A DNA stretch of 64,000 nucleotides, from positions 91,016,001-91,080,000 of the forward strand of contig OX597819.1 in NCBI GenBank assembly GCA_951406725.2. Direction: 5' to 3'. Made by a program: the position numbers and the translations under genes. The stretch comes from Octopus vulgaris (taxonomy: Eukaryota). Under the pieces are notes generated by a model that had not been told where the DNA came from, did no database searches, and saw only the letters and a program-made list of their open reading frames with translations. Shown here one piece after another: positions 1-11,730 of the stretch (the stretch's first letter is position 1; every line of letters begins with the position of its first letter).

Positions 1-237
1 ATTTTATTCATCACCATCTGTGGAAGGGTTTTTAAAATTATTCTTTTAATTTTTGTAGACTTTAGTCTACTGGGGTTAAATAACAACATTTAATCCTGAG
101 CTCTTTCTCTTTTGGCTAAACAGCAACAAACAAAACAATAGATAAAGATTTGGAAAACAAAAACAGAGAAAGAAGATTTATGTGATGCTGCTGTTGATGA
201 ATTAGAGGCCAAGAAACCTATATCACACTAATACTTG

Positions 238-388
238 CTGGGTGGTTGGCGCTAGGAAGGCCATCCAACTGTAAAAAAAACTTGTGAAAACAGACACAGA
301 AGCCTGGTGCAGTCTTCTGCCTGGCCAGCTCCTGTCAAATCGTCCAACCCATACCAGCATGGCAAGTGGACATTAAATGATGATGATG
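238..388 (+). mobile_element. 3' terminal fragment of RTE-clade LINE ending in (GAT)n
   Basis: GGTGGTTGGC..AGGAAGG..CATCCA..CCAACCCAT.CCAGCATGG..TTAAATGATGATGATG matches the 3' end of the RT-bearing copy at 59838-61215. Confidence 0.75.
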
Positions 389-525
389 TAGAGGGTATGT
401 GGCTGAGGGATTAAGGTGTTGCACTCATGACTGAGATCATGATTTCGATTCCCAGAACAGGTGATGCATTGTGTACTTGACCAAAATACTTTATCTCATG
501 TTGCTTTGTGACCATTTCAATATCT

Positions 526-941
526 TATTTCTTTACTGCCCACAAGGGGCTACACACAGAGGAGACAAACAAGGACAGACAAATGGATTAAGTCGATTAC
601 ATCGGCCTCAGTGCGTAACTGGTACTTATTTAATTGACCCCTCGAAAGGATGAAAGGCAAAGTCGACTTCAGTGGAATTTGAACTCAGAACGTAGTGGCA
701 GACGAAATACCTATTTCTTTTTTACCCACAAGGGGCTAAACACAGAGGAGACAAACAAGGAGAGACAAATGGATTAAGTCAACTACATCGACCCCAGAGC
801 ATAACTGGTACTTATTTAATCGATCCCGAAAGGATTAAAGGCAAAGTCAACCTCGGCGGAATTTGAACTTAGAACGTAGCGGCAGACGAAATACCGCTAA
901 GTATTTCGCCCGGCATGCTAAATTTCTGCCAGCTTGCCGCC
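526..941 (-). mobile_element. tRNA-derived SINE family A, full unit plus head-less second unit, inserted into another SINE
   Basis: Minus strand has A-box-like TGGCAGAAA..TAGC and B box GTTCAAATTCC; central GCCTTT.ATCCTTTCG.G.TCGA; 11-bp TSD TTTCAATATCT at 515-525 and 942-952. Confidence 0.9.
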
Positions 942-1053
942 TTTCAATATCTAACATGTGGCACACTGTGCAACTGTTGAGGCTGCCATTGATTCAATGG
1001 AGAGAGTGAGCGAATGCGTAACACAAACATTTGATTACTATAAACATATTTAA

Positions 1054-1264
1054 CTCTTTAACATTTAAACCGGCCATATCTGGCCAAAATATTCTGCCTG
1101 GTTTATGTTCAAAACTAGCCAGATCTGTCCTCTCACACCAACCCTACAATACCATTTTAAAAATTAACAGTTGCCTTATCAAAATCTCATGACTGCAGAA
1201 TTAATTCAAAACAATGTGAATAAAAAAGCATTACCTTTGACAAAATGCTTTGAATACTAAAAGA
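1054..1264. mobile_element. piggyBac-like MITE (TTAA-flanked), copy 1
   Basis: TTAA at both ends (1050-1053, 1265-1268); short degenerate TIR CCCTTTAGCATT; related copies at 10102-10335 and 52416-52591. Confidence 0.7.
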
Positions 1265-1618
1265 TTAAACCAGTATGATATATTTTAAATACAATTAAAA
1301 ATAAATAAATAAGATCTTTGTCAGGATGACATATGTCAGGGACAATGTGTTGTCAATGAGCCAAAACATGGCTTGATATTCCAAGATCCTGTAATAATTT
1401 CATTATGTAGCACTCACCTCCTTCAGTTATTTCCATCAAAATTTAATAAAAGCTGCCATGTTTAATAACATTGAGATGGTTCTAAACTTTCTAAGCTTAT
1501 GCAAGAAGTAGAATGATTTATTATAAGGATGTGAATTCTATTCCATCTTCTCATTAGTAAAAAGGTGGGGGATGGGGGTTGAGGCAAAAATTTTCAGTAA
1601 TACTTAGGCATGGTTTCT

Positions 1619-1851
1619 TATTTCTTTATTGCCCACAAAGGGCTAAACATAGCGGGGACAAACAAGGACAGACAAAGGGATTAAATCGATCACATCGACC
1701 CCAGTACGTAACTGGTACTTAATTTATGAACCCCAAAAGGATGAGAGGCAAAGTCGACCTCGGCGGAATTTGAACTCAGAATGTAACAGCAGACGAAATA
1801 CCGCTAAGCATTTTGCCCAGTGTGCTAACGTTTCTGCCAGCTCTCCGCCTT
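1619..1851 (-). mobile_element. tRNA-derived SINE family A, monomer
   Basis: Same sequence as 526-941; 19-bp TSD ATACTTAGGCATGGTTTCT at 1600-1618 and 1852-1870. Confidence 0.92.
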
Positions 1852-1883
1852 ATACTTAGGCATGGTTTCTCTCATATACATAT

Positions 1884-2347
1884 AGGTGCAGGTATTGGCT
1901 GAGTAGTAAGAAGTTTGCTTACCAATCACACACTTTTGGGTTCAGTCCCTCTGTGTGACACCTTCTAGTAAAATCCCAGGGCCAACAAAAATCCTTGTGA
2001 GTGGATCTAGAAGACATAAAAAGAAAGAAGCTGTTGCATATATATGTGTGTGTATACATATGTGTGTGTGTGTGTATGTATATATATATATGTGTGTGTG
2101 TGTATAATGGATATGTGTGTGTTACTGTTTGGATCTTTGTCTTGATAGTTGTTAATGAATGTCATTGCCATACAAGCAGTGTCCCTAATTTCCAATCTTC
2201 TGTAAAAACATGCCTGGTCAAGGGGAAATATTACCTTACTTGGTGACAAGGGTTGCTGACAGGAAGGGCATCTAGCCATAGAAAATCCACCATGACATTC
2301 CATCCGACCCATCCAAACATGGAAAAGTGGACATTGAATGATGATGG

Positions 2348-2381
<34 letters not shown>

Positions 2382-2385
2382 GGTG
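1884..2385 (+). mobile_element. SINE family C (family-B-type tRNA head, internal microsatellite, RTE-like tail with (GAT/GGT)n)
   Basis: Head GGTGCAGG..TGGCT..GTAAGAAG..GGGTTCAGTCCC; tail CAGGAAGGGCATC..CCCAT..CATGGAAAAGTGGAC.TT.AATGATG; second copy at about 35328-35778. Confidence 0.75.
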
Positions 2386-2569
2386 ATTTTATTTTGTGGA
2401 GACCCTAGTTTTTATCAATTTAAGAGTCACTGTATTACAGAGCTTATTATAGCACACACACACACACACACACCCTAACCCTAACATTTACAATGTAGAG
2501 AAATGTTCTCTGTAATTTGGTCTATCTGGTAAATAGCAGGGCTGACATTCTCTTTAATTGTGCTGCATA

Positions 2570-3451
2570 CAAGGTCTGATCAATAAGTATCCGGACTGTA
2601 GCCACAGCAATGAGCTAAAGCATGTAGAGTGAAGCCGCTTGACACAAATTGACTTTGAACTTTGCTGTACATGCACACTAAGTTTTAACATTCTAGCTCA
2701 CTTCCGCTGTTTACAGCAGTGGTTGGAAGGAAGGTGTGTAGCGTGTGATCATTGCATTGACAATGACAGAGAAAGTTGTCATGGCAATACCTGCTCAGAG
2801 GCCTATGCAAAGCTGCAGAAAGTGTATAGAGAGGAGTGTATGAGCAGCACACAAGTGTATGAGTGGTTTAGACGTTTCCAAGATGGCTGAAAAATGTTGA
2901 CATTGATGAACGTTCTCGGAGACCCACAACCAGCAGAACTGAGAAAAACATCGCAAATCAGCATGTAGCTGTGAGAGGAAATCGTCGAATCACCATCCAT
3001 GAGTTATCAGAAGATGTGCAGATTAGTTACAGTTCAGTTCAGTCCATTATCACTGAAGATTTGGGTACGAGACGTGTGTCTGCCAAGTTTGTACCAAAAC
3101 TGCTTTCAGCTGACCAAAAGGACACTCAGGTTTCAGTTGCACAAAATTTCCTTGATTTTGTTGAGAATGATGAAAACTTTGCGTAGGCAGGTATCGCCAA
3201 GCTTTTGGGAAAATTTGATGCAGATTCTCTGCTTAAATTTCTTTGTCATTTTCAATGCAACAATCACACGCTACACACTTTCCTTCCAAACACGGCTGTA
3301 AACGGCGGACGTGAGCTATACACAGCAGTGTTCAAGCAGTGTACACTGCGTATACACAGCAGTGTTCGAGTTCAAATCTGTGCCAAGCTCTCACTCTCCG
3401 TGCTTTAACTGCTTTACTATAGCAACAGTCCGGATACTTATTGATCAGACG
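2570..3451 (+). mobile_element. Non-autonomous mariner derivative built from two inverted 5' ends; N-terminal transposase pseudogene
   Basis: TIR GGTCTGATCAATAAGTATCCGGACT at both ends with TA flanks; ORF fragments QVYEWFRRFQDG and RRITIHEL..RVSAKFVPKLL (mariner HTH and WVP-like motif); 3181-3451 is the reverse complement of the element's own 5' region. Confidence 0.88.
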
Positions 3452-4623
3452 TACATGCATGTACACGAAGAATTATAGACATGCATACATCACACACGTT
3501 CACACATGTATACACTCACACATATACACGCATACCACATGCACACGCACATACGCACACAAACACACACATACACATATTTTCAGTTTATTCTGTATAA
3601 CATTTCCAAAATGGTCTTTCAAAACATGAACTTTCCCTGCTTTTTTTCTTTATTTTCTTCTTCTCCCTTCTTTTTTTGTCTCCCCCCCCCCCACACGCTC
3701 TCTGTTCTTCTTGTCACCCTCGTTTGTACAATCAATTTAAAAAGAAGGTGGCATCACTTCTATTTTTAGTCCTTTTTTAGTTACAATTAAACTGCGGTAT
3801 GGTGAAAGGAATATCGTATACATATCTATATCTGACTGACTGTCCGTCTGTCTGTTTATCTACATTACACACACACACGTACACACACACACGTGCATAC
3901 ACACACACACACAGTATAAAGAGAAAATAAAAGAGAGAAAGAGATAAACATGAGAATTAAAAGAAAAAGATGAAAAGAAACGGGTTTTTGCGCTGTGGTC
4001 TTTATCAATTAAATTTTCACACCTCTTGTATTTTCATTTTACTCTTACGTTGGTTTCCCCCACTTTTTTTTTACCCCAACCCCCACACCACAAGTTGTGA
4101 TACAAGAATGTGTTAGAAAAAAAAGAAAAACGAAATGAAGTGTCCTTCACTTTTAAACCAGAACGTTCTGACAAAAACCATTGTTCAGCTGGCTTATACC
4201 AGTTCTTACTAGGTCTCACAGATTAGCTGACATATTTTGTGTGAAAAATTCTGTTTTTGCTGAGAGAGGCGGGGGGGGGGGGGAGTTACATTAAAAGCAC
4301 AGATGTAAAGCAATAAATAAATAAATATATAAATAAATAAATAAAATGCGTTAAGACTAATATATTTTACAGTGTTGTTTGTGGTTCATTCAGTGATACC
4401 TGTTAGTTATTTATTTTGTAACTTCTGTTGGTTATATAGCATCAAAACTAGTGGAAAGAAGAAAAATGGGAAGGATATCACTGTTGTGTTAGTACTGCAA
4501 TTTGTGTGTCAGTGGTGATGGCCATCTGAGGAGCACCAACAAAGCAGTTTCTATTTCAGAGTAGGAAACCTTTTTTTCCATCTGGTGAAATTTTACACTC
4601 TGATGCAATGTACTTCTTGCCAT

Positions 4624-4696
4624 TCCTCAGGAGTACAGAGGTAAGTATTCCTGCCTGTCATGCAGGAAACCAGGGCATTATTCCCTGTTGGGGAAG
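4624..4696 (+). pseudogene. Degenerate tRNA-Asp(GTC)-derived sequence, probably a SINE head
   Basis: TCCTCAGGAGTACAGAGGTAAGTATTCCTGCCTGTCATGCAGGAAACCAGGG..ATTCCCTGTTGGGGA aligns by eye to metazoan tRNA-Asp, with CpG decay and a broken T-loop. Confidence 0.7.
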
Positions 4697-4704
4697 CAAT
4701 CTTT

Positions 4705-5119
4705 GGATCTTTTCGGTTTGAACGGCAGTTTTTTCTAGCGGTGTCAAATGAAATTGTCACCCATAATTATGACTCTAGAATCGATCTATTGCATTTCAAT
4801 CTCTTTTAGGGTTAGGGTTAGGGGTGGGGGAAGGGTATCTTTTTTCTTCACAAATGTAAATAAACCCAATCTGTTTCTTAAACGAGGGACATACTCATAC
4901 GGCACAGAATGCTTTTTAACTCAATAGACGTCACTGATTGGTTGAAATTGCAGAAATTGAAGAAAAAAAACAACAAATATCTTACAAACTATAGAATTTT
5001 CTCAATAAAGACAGGAGAAAAAGATGTTTTATAAACACATTCTACCAGTATACGAAGTTTAAAATTTTTTAGTTACCTAGAAATAATGTTAAAAACTGCC
5101 GTTCAAACCGAAAAGATCC
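4705..5119. mobile_element. 415-bp MITE with GG...CC termini, ~29-bp TIRs and 8-bp TSD (Merlin-like, superfamily uncertain)
   Basis: TIR GGATCTTTTCGGTTTGAACGGCAGTTTTT / AAAAACTGCCGTTCAAACCGAAAAGATCC; TSD CAATCTTT/CAATCCTT; internal (TTAGGG)3. Confidence 0.88.
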
Positions 5120-7072
5120 CAATCCTTTTTTATGGTGGTGCCCTGGCGTGGTGACAGCCTTTGACTGAAACTGATAACACTATGTAACACAATTTTTGTC
5201 CTTGGTCATAACTACTGATTTCCTACATGCTTACCCCTAATATTTCCTTCAAACTTTGCTTTTCTTATATTAACTAAAACCCCAAAGAATCCCTCTCAAC
5301 ACATAGCTATGTGTGCTCATGATCAGAAATGCACAGATTGTCGGCCACTAAGCTGACATACTGGTTTTGCCAAGCAAATCTGTGACATTGAGCAGAATAT
5401 TGACTATAACAATATTTCTGTTTCAGCAACACAGTGCTGAATCTGTCTGCAATGTAATGGAAAATGTCTCAAAAACCCCATTTACAAAATTAGAAAATGC
5501 AAGTTGAACCTCTAGCATTTTGTGATCTAGTGACTCCCTTATTCCACCATGTTTTCAATCTGCCACCATTAGTTTGTAGATCTACTACTGGGGTGGTGCT
5601 GTAAGGTGCCACACTTGTTAATGTTTACACTGGAACTACCAACTGAGTGTCTGTGACACAGTCCTATTAATTTCATATATTTCGCTGTATTTTGGCCCTT
5701 CATGATGTCATCCAAGGGACTAAACAGTACAGCAGATGATGTCAGTGCTAAAAAGTGTTGTCTGGAATTTTTTTTAGTTTCACAATAACCAGTTCCTTAG
5801 GTCACTGAAACAAGGAGGTTCAACCTGTAATTGTTTTAAGCTTTAGAGCCTATGCAGTAATTTAATGTAAGTTGCAAATTCATGAAGTTATAGATTTAAT
5901 GATTCATTTTATTTTCAGGACAGATGCACTCCTAACAAGTGATATTAAAAGAATAATATAAGTAGGAGTGCCTTGCTTTGCTTAAAAGCCCCATAATGAT
6001 AAGACAGTGATAAGAGAGTCCTTTCTGTTACTACTCTAGCTGACTGCTCAATTTGCTTGAAACAGCCCTTAAATTTCTCTCAATCCAAAGGAGGATACAT
6101 TTGGATAGTATAATCTTGTATACACAGAAAGCCTTCATGCTCATGATGATCATGATTGGAAAGCCTATAGATAGGCAAAATGTTGAGAACATCCTACTAA
6201 ATGCATGCTGTATATTGTTGTAGCACTTTATGTTTTGAGTTCAAATCCTACTGGGATCACCTTTGCCCTTCATTCTTCCAGGGTTAGTAAAATAAAGTAG
6301 AAGTCAAGTCGATTTAATATTCTTATAATGCTTTGTTTATTTTACATTCGTTTTTCCATGCTAGCCTGGGTTAGATGAATACATGCTATTGCAGTATTGT
6401 TTTATAGCTAGATGCTCTTCCTGTTGCTAACCCTCACCTGATTTTAATTTTTTTTTTATTTAACACATCATTGAAAACACAGAGTTAGCAAACAATTTGC
6501 TGTTAGGGAAGGACATTCCTAACAGAGCTTTCTAACACAGGGCTTTGTCATAGAAAGTGCAGAATGTATACTCTCTCTCTCTCCCTTTCTCTCACAGGCA
6601 CAAACACACACACACACACACACGTACTCACACATACACAACAGCCTTCATACTGTTTCCATCTACAAAATTCTAGATATGAATGAAATTATAACAGAAG
6701 AAAATAAAATAAAAAACAGGTCTGTCTGGCTAAACAACAACAAGAACAAGAAAAATAGCAGCATCAACTATCACTGGATTTTCAGAACTCGCATTATCTC
6801 AAGTTTCCATGGCACATTTCCCAACCATTAATATTGATTTCGTCATTCTTGAGCTTTCCATGAATAAGATATGAGCCATCCATCAGAGCTGACTAACCAG
6901 TGTGGCCTAAAATACTTAACTGGTTTATTATCCCTTGTAGGGCATCAATAATGTAGTCCAACTATCTCCTGCCTCATGTAGGATGAAGGCTGAAACTGTC
7001 AGCAAAACAATAAGGAGAAACACACACAGCCCTAAAGAGGTCTCTATAAACAGTAACATTATTTGCTAAGAG

Positions 7073-7405
7073 GAAGGCACATGGCTCAGTGGTTAGAGCA
7101 TCGGGCTCACAACCATGAGGTAGTGAGTTTGATTCCTGGATATAGTTGTGTGTTGTGTTCTTGAGCAAGACACTTATTTCCCGTTGTCTAGTTCACTCAG
7201 CTGTGGAAATGATTTTGACATCATTGGTGCCAAGCTGTATCAGCCTTTGCCTTTCCCTTGGATAACATCAGTCGTGTAGAGACGGGAGGCTGGTATGCAT
7301 CAGTGACTGCTGATCTTCCATAAACAACCTTGCCCAGAATTGTTCCATGGAAGGTAACTTTCTAGATGCAATCCCATGGTCATTCATGACCGAAGGGGTT
7401 CTTTA
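7073..7405 (+). mobile_element. tRNA-derived SINE family D (CORE-like body)
   Basis: A box TGGCTCAGTGG, B box GTTTGATTCC, TTCTTGAGCAAGACACTT; near-identical copies at 9260-9607, 45682-46012 and 56442-56778. Confidence 0.88.
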
Positions 7406-7681
7406 CCTATTAGTTAAAATATATTAATGTTCTTGTCATTCTCCATAGTTTTTTTACTTCTCTTTGTGGTTTCTGTATTTTGGAACATGACCATACTGGA
7501 GCAACTCTTTCAGAGGTTCTTAGTTAATTATATCTATTGATTCCCCCCAGTACTTAGTATGGTACTTACTTTATTAATCTCTATTTATCGAATGACTAAA
7601 TCTTCCTTGGTGCAAGGGAACATAATGCAGTACTACAAGGAATTATTGGTTGAAGCACTACTCTAAACTGGTATACACACA

Positions 7682-7728
<47 letters not shown>

Positions 7729-8226
7729 CACCACACAGACATTTGCATGCTTCCCAACCATGTGGTCATTATAGTCTCAGGCCAACTATTTGGTAGATGG
7801 AAACTGAAAGCAGCCTGTCACACACACACACACACATGTGTGTGTCATTGTATTTGTCCCCCACCACTGCTTGATAAACAGTGTTGGTTTGTTTATGTCC
7901 CTGTAATTTAGATGTTCAACAAAAAGAGACCACTAGAATAAGTACTAGGATTAAAGATAATTACTGGGGTTGATTTGTTTGATTAAACCTTTCAAGGTCG
8001 CACTCCAGCATGGCAGCAGTCCAAAGGCTGAGACAAGTAAAAGATATATGTATATATATGTATATATATAAGATAAAGCTTACTTGGAAAAGGATGTGTG
8101 ACGTTCGATCATATAATAATATAAATAATATATAAATATATGCATATATACATACATATATGTACACACCTACATATATATGTATATAAAGCTAAACCCA
8201 TTGCCAGTATGGAAAATGGATGTTAA

Positions 8227-8265
<39 letters not shown>

Positions 8266-8317
8266 TTGATATATTTATACATACATATATACATAGATAC
8301 ACACACACACACATATA

Positions 8318-8530
8318 CAGGGTGGCCCAAAAGTAGGTTTACAGTTATTCAACTATCTCTTTCACATTCATATATTAACAGTTTAGATCTTAATTATGAA
8401 AAAAATATGAAACCATTATTCTATGCTAATTTAGTTAATTGTAAGATAGAAATTTAAATGTAATAAAATGTTTTAAAAGAAATTTAAAGTACTTATGTGA
8501 TAACTATAAACCTACTTTTGGGCCACCCTG
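8318..8530. mobile_element. Tc1/mariner-type MITE, 213 bp
   Basis: TIR CAGGGTGGCCCAAAAGTAGGTTTA.AGTTAT at both ends; TA TSD. Confidence 0.9.
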
Positions 8531-9107
8531 TATATGCACATACTTGTATAAGTGTATGTGTTGTGTGTATGCAATGGCTTTTGCATTGTTTTCATCAGCT
8601 AAATTTCACCCATAAGATACAGGCCAACTATGGTAGAAGCATTTGCCCCAAATGTTCATCATTTTACTGCTTTGCAAATTGTAATGCAAACCACATGACA
8701 ATTCTGCTAGCACTTATTTGTCAAAAACAACCAGTTTTTCTACTCACCATATTACAGATGTGAGATTGTGCCATATTTGTATTTAGCATGCAGGACACTC
8801 CTCTGAAGTATTTTTCCTTCAGTCTCTGTGTTCATCATCATCATCATCGTCATTACCATCATCATCATTGCCATCATTGTTATTATTATATTAGTTAATG
8901 TTCACTTTTGCATGCGCACAACAGAATTTGTTCAGGCAGATTTTCTGCTACTCCATGTCCTTCCTATTGCCAGCCTTCACCTGTTTCCAAGTAAGGTGAT
9001 ATTTCCCCATGATCAGACATCTTTTCACAGAAGAATGGAAACAAAGGATGCTATTTGCATGTCAGTGGCACTCATTTGCAACAATGAGAAGTCAAAGCAG
9101 AGATAGC

Positions 9108-9157
<50 letters not shown>

Positions 9158-9171
9158 TATATGCATATATA

Positions 9172-10010
9172 TGAGGTGCATCCAGAAGTTTTGAGATTTT
9201 TTTAGGAGTTGCAGTTATAACTGTCCTAGATTATTATAATTTTAGTATATCATTACTCGGAGACCCCCTTCTGTCACAAATGACCATGGGATTGCACCTA
9301 GAAAGTTACCCTCCAAGGCACAATTCCGGGCAAGGTTGTTTATGGAAGACTAACAGTCACCCATGCATACCAGCCTCCCCTCTCCACGCCACTGATGTCA
9401 TCCAAGGGAAAGGCAAAGGCCGATACAGCTTGGCACCAGTGATGTCACAACTCATTGCTACAGCTGAGCGAACTGGAGCAACATGAAATAAAGTTTCTTG
9501 CTCAAGAACACAACACGCAGCCCGGTCTGGGATTCAAACTCACAACCTCATGATCGTAAGTTCGATGCTCTAACCACTGAGCCATGGCTTCACTGTGCCA
9601 TGCGCCTATATCATTGTTACACATCTATTAAACAGACCTGCCAAATTTTATTATTTGAGATTGTAGGAGACAGGTGAACAGTACTTTGAACACATCCTAC
9701 TAAACACTGCTTTTCACACGTGGCTAGTTTGCAGAATGCAGTCGGCACATGAAGACCATTTGGAAACTCACTATGCAATAAAGTTTAATGTTAAACTGGG
9801 AAAAAAGGCTACAGAAACTTATGAGGAGCCCCAAACTGCTTATGGATTAATTTATATGAGACAAGTATCTGTTTTTCACTGGCACGAGAGGCCATGTAGA
9901 GCAAGTCTATTGGGAAGCTCATGATGATCCTCTTTTTTGACAGCAAGGGCACCATCTACATCTATCATGTCCCCCTCTGGCCAGACAGTCAACAAAGAGT
10001 ACTTTGTTCA
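9172..10010 (+). mobile_element. Degraded, internally deleted mariner fragment interrupted by a family D SINE
   Basis: HYAIKFNVKLGKKATETYE (mariner N-terminus) at 9736-9924 abuts FDSKG..VPSGQTVNKEY-like sequence at about 9925-10005. Confidence 0.7.
9260..9607 (-). mobile_element. SINE family D
   Basis: Reverse complement of 7073-7405. Confidence 0.88.
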
Positions 10011-10101
10011 AGAATGACAAGAAACAAAACCAAGGAATGAGAATGTAAATAGCTGCAAACAGAAAGTGGAAGCCTAACACAGGAGTGGTTCCAATGTTTA
10101 A

Positions 10102-10335
10102 CCCTTTAGCATTTAAACTGGCCACATCCAGGCAAAAAACTTTCTACCTGTTTTATGTTCAAATTGGTCAGATCTTACTTCTAACACCTACCCATCTAAT
10201 ACCTAACAATGTCATTTTAAAAATAAGCTATCACATTATGGAAATCTCAAAGCCGTGAGATAATACATGATTAATTAAAAACAATGTGAATAAATAAGCA
10301 TTATATTTGACAGATTAATCTGAAGGCTAAGTGGG
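10102..10335. mobile_element. piggyBac-like MITE, copy 2
   Basis: TTAA-CCCTTTAGCATTT start; colinear with 1054-1264. Confidence 0.7.
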
Positions 10336-10527
10336 TAATGGGTTTCCAGTGGAATTAGAGACACTGTCGTTCATTAGAATTAATTTTTGTTGAATTTTTG
10401 AGGAGAGCTAATATGATTTTTAAGGATTTTCTTTTTAAAGTTTGAAGTGATGTTTAGTGCTTTGTGATGCTTAAATAGGAAAACAGACACATTATTTTAA
10501 TTTTAGCTAACTTAGTGCTAAAAAACA

Positions 10528-11730
10528 ATGATTAAGGGTATCTCCAGCATGGTTAGCTGGTCTGTTAAAAAAGCAGCCCAAACTCACATAAATCACACCC
10601 ATTCTTCTTCAAACTCTATGGATACATTAGAGAATGTAATTCCTGATACACACAAGGATGCATGGAATGCTTTCATCAAAGGTCTACTCAAATTAGAAAT
10701 AATGAGCCAAATTTCCTCCAAATCATATATATATATGTGTGTGATCAGACAGAATCCAAAGAAACTGATGTTGGTTAGTGCTAGTAATATTAATATCACT
10801 TAGTAAAATTGACAAAAAGGTTACAGAGAACTTGATTTGGGTGAGTTTTCTAACAGAGGATGTAAAACACAGCTGTTTCTCTTCAATATCACTCCCATCA
10901 ACTTTTCCCAGTTATAAAAACAAGACAGTTACTGAGAGTGTCCCTCAGTGAGTATGAACATTATCATTGCACTTTCTTCATTTCATTCTTAAACATTAAA
11001 CACTTCATTCATATATTTATATACATATATACTACATTTATATATTACCTTTAATAAATTAGCCTTCATAAAGTTCACCTTTAAAATGCCATGACAAGTC
11101 AGAGTACTCTCTCACCAGCCTCCAACAATCTCTCCCTTCTCCAGCTGACAGTTTTTCGTAGATTTTCATGATGGAAAATGCACCTTTTGTGGCAGTTATA
11201 ACAAAATTGCTTTTTTATATCAGAGTAATAAGGCGTTTCAATAGAATATCTTTACCCCGAGAATTACCAGGTACACCAGCTAGTATATACATATATATAA
11301 TATTATATTATTTTATTGTTAGCTAGTTTACAGAGGAACTCCTGTTTCAGTCCATAGAGATTATGTTTGCATCTTAATTGCTGCCAATAAAATAACACTA
11401 TTTCTTGAAGTACTGAGTACTTCATTCTGCATGTGAAAGCCTTGTTCTTTCAAAAAACACACAAGAATATATACACATATTTATAAATACACATACACAA
11501 ATACATACAGTTACACCCACCCATGCACACACACACACACACATGCACATGCATGCAGACAAGACATATGCATTTCTTATTTCTATGTGGACTGTTCCAA
11601 CTCATCATTCATGCCACTCAGTGGTTGTTCAGACAATAAAACACGTCAGCAGTGATTGTTATCAACCTTTCAATGTTATTCTAGCTGGCACCAGTTTCTC
11701 TTTGATGGATTACAGAGACACTTGCGGTAA
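10528..11730 (+). pseudogene. Possible highly degraded hAT-superfamily (hATm-like) transposase
   Basis: Scattered motifs in different frames: Q.N.F..PEN at about 11238-11265 and CHS.VVQTIKHVS at 11610-11650, reminiscent of QRNAYFAHPEN and PCHTQAVERCIK; recalled similarity only. Confidence 0.3.

Noticed and set aside
2473-2485. Telomeric CCCTAA repeats
   Set aside because: Only two units; not a telomere or a meaningful interstitial array
4560-4640. 81-nt open cassette exon (TTTCAG acceptor, AG|GTAAGT donor)
   Set aside because: The donor lies in the D-arm of the tRNA-Asp-derived sequence, the peptide is unrecognisable, and there is no other support
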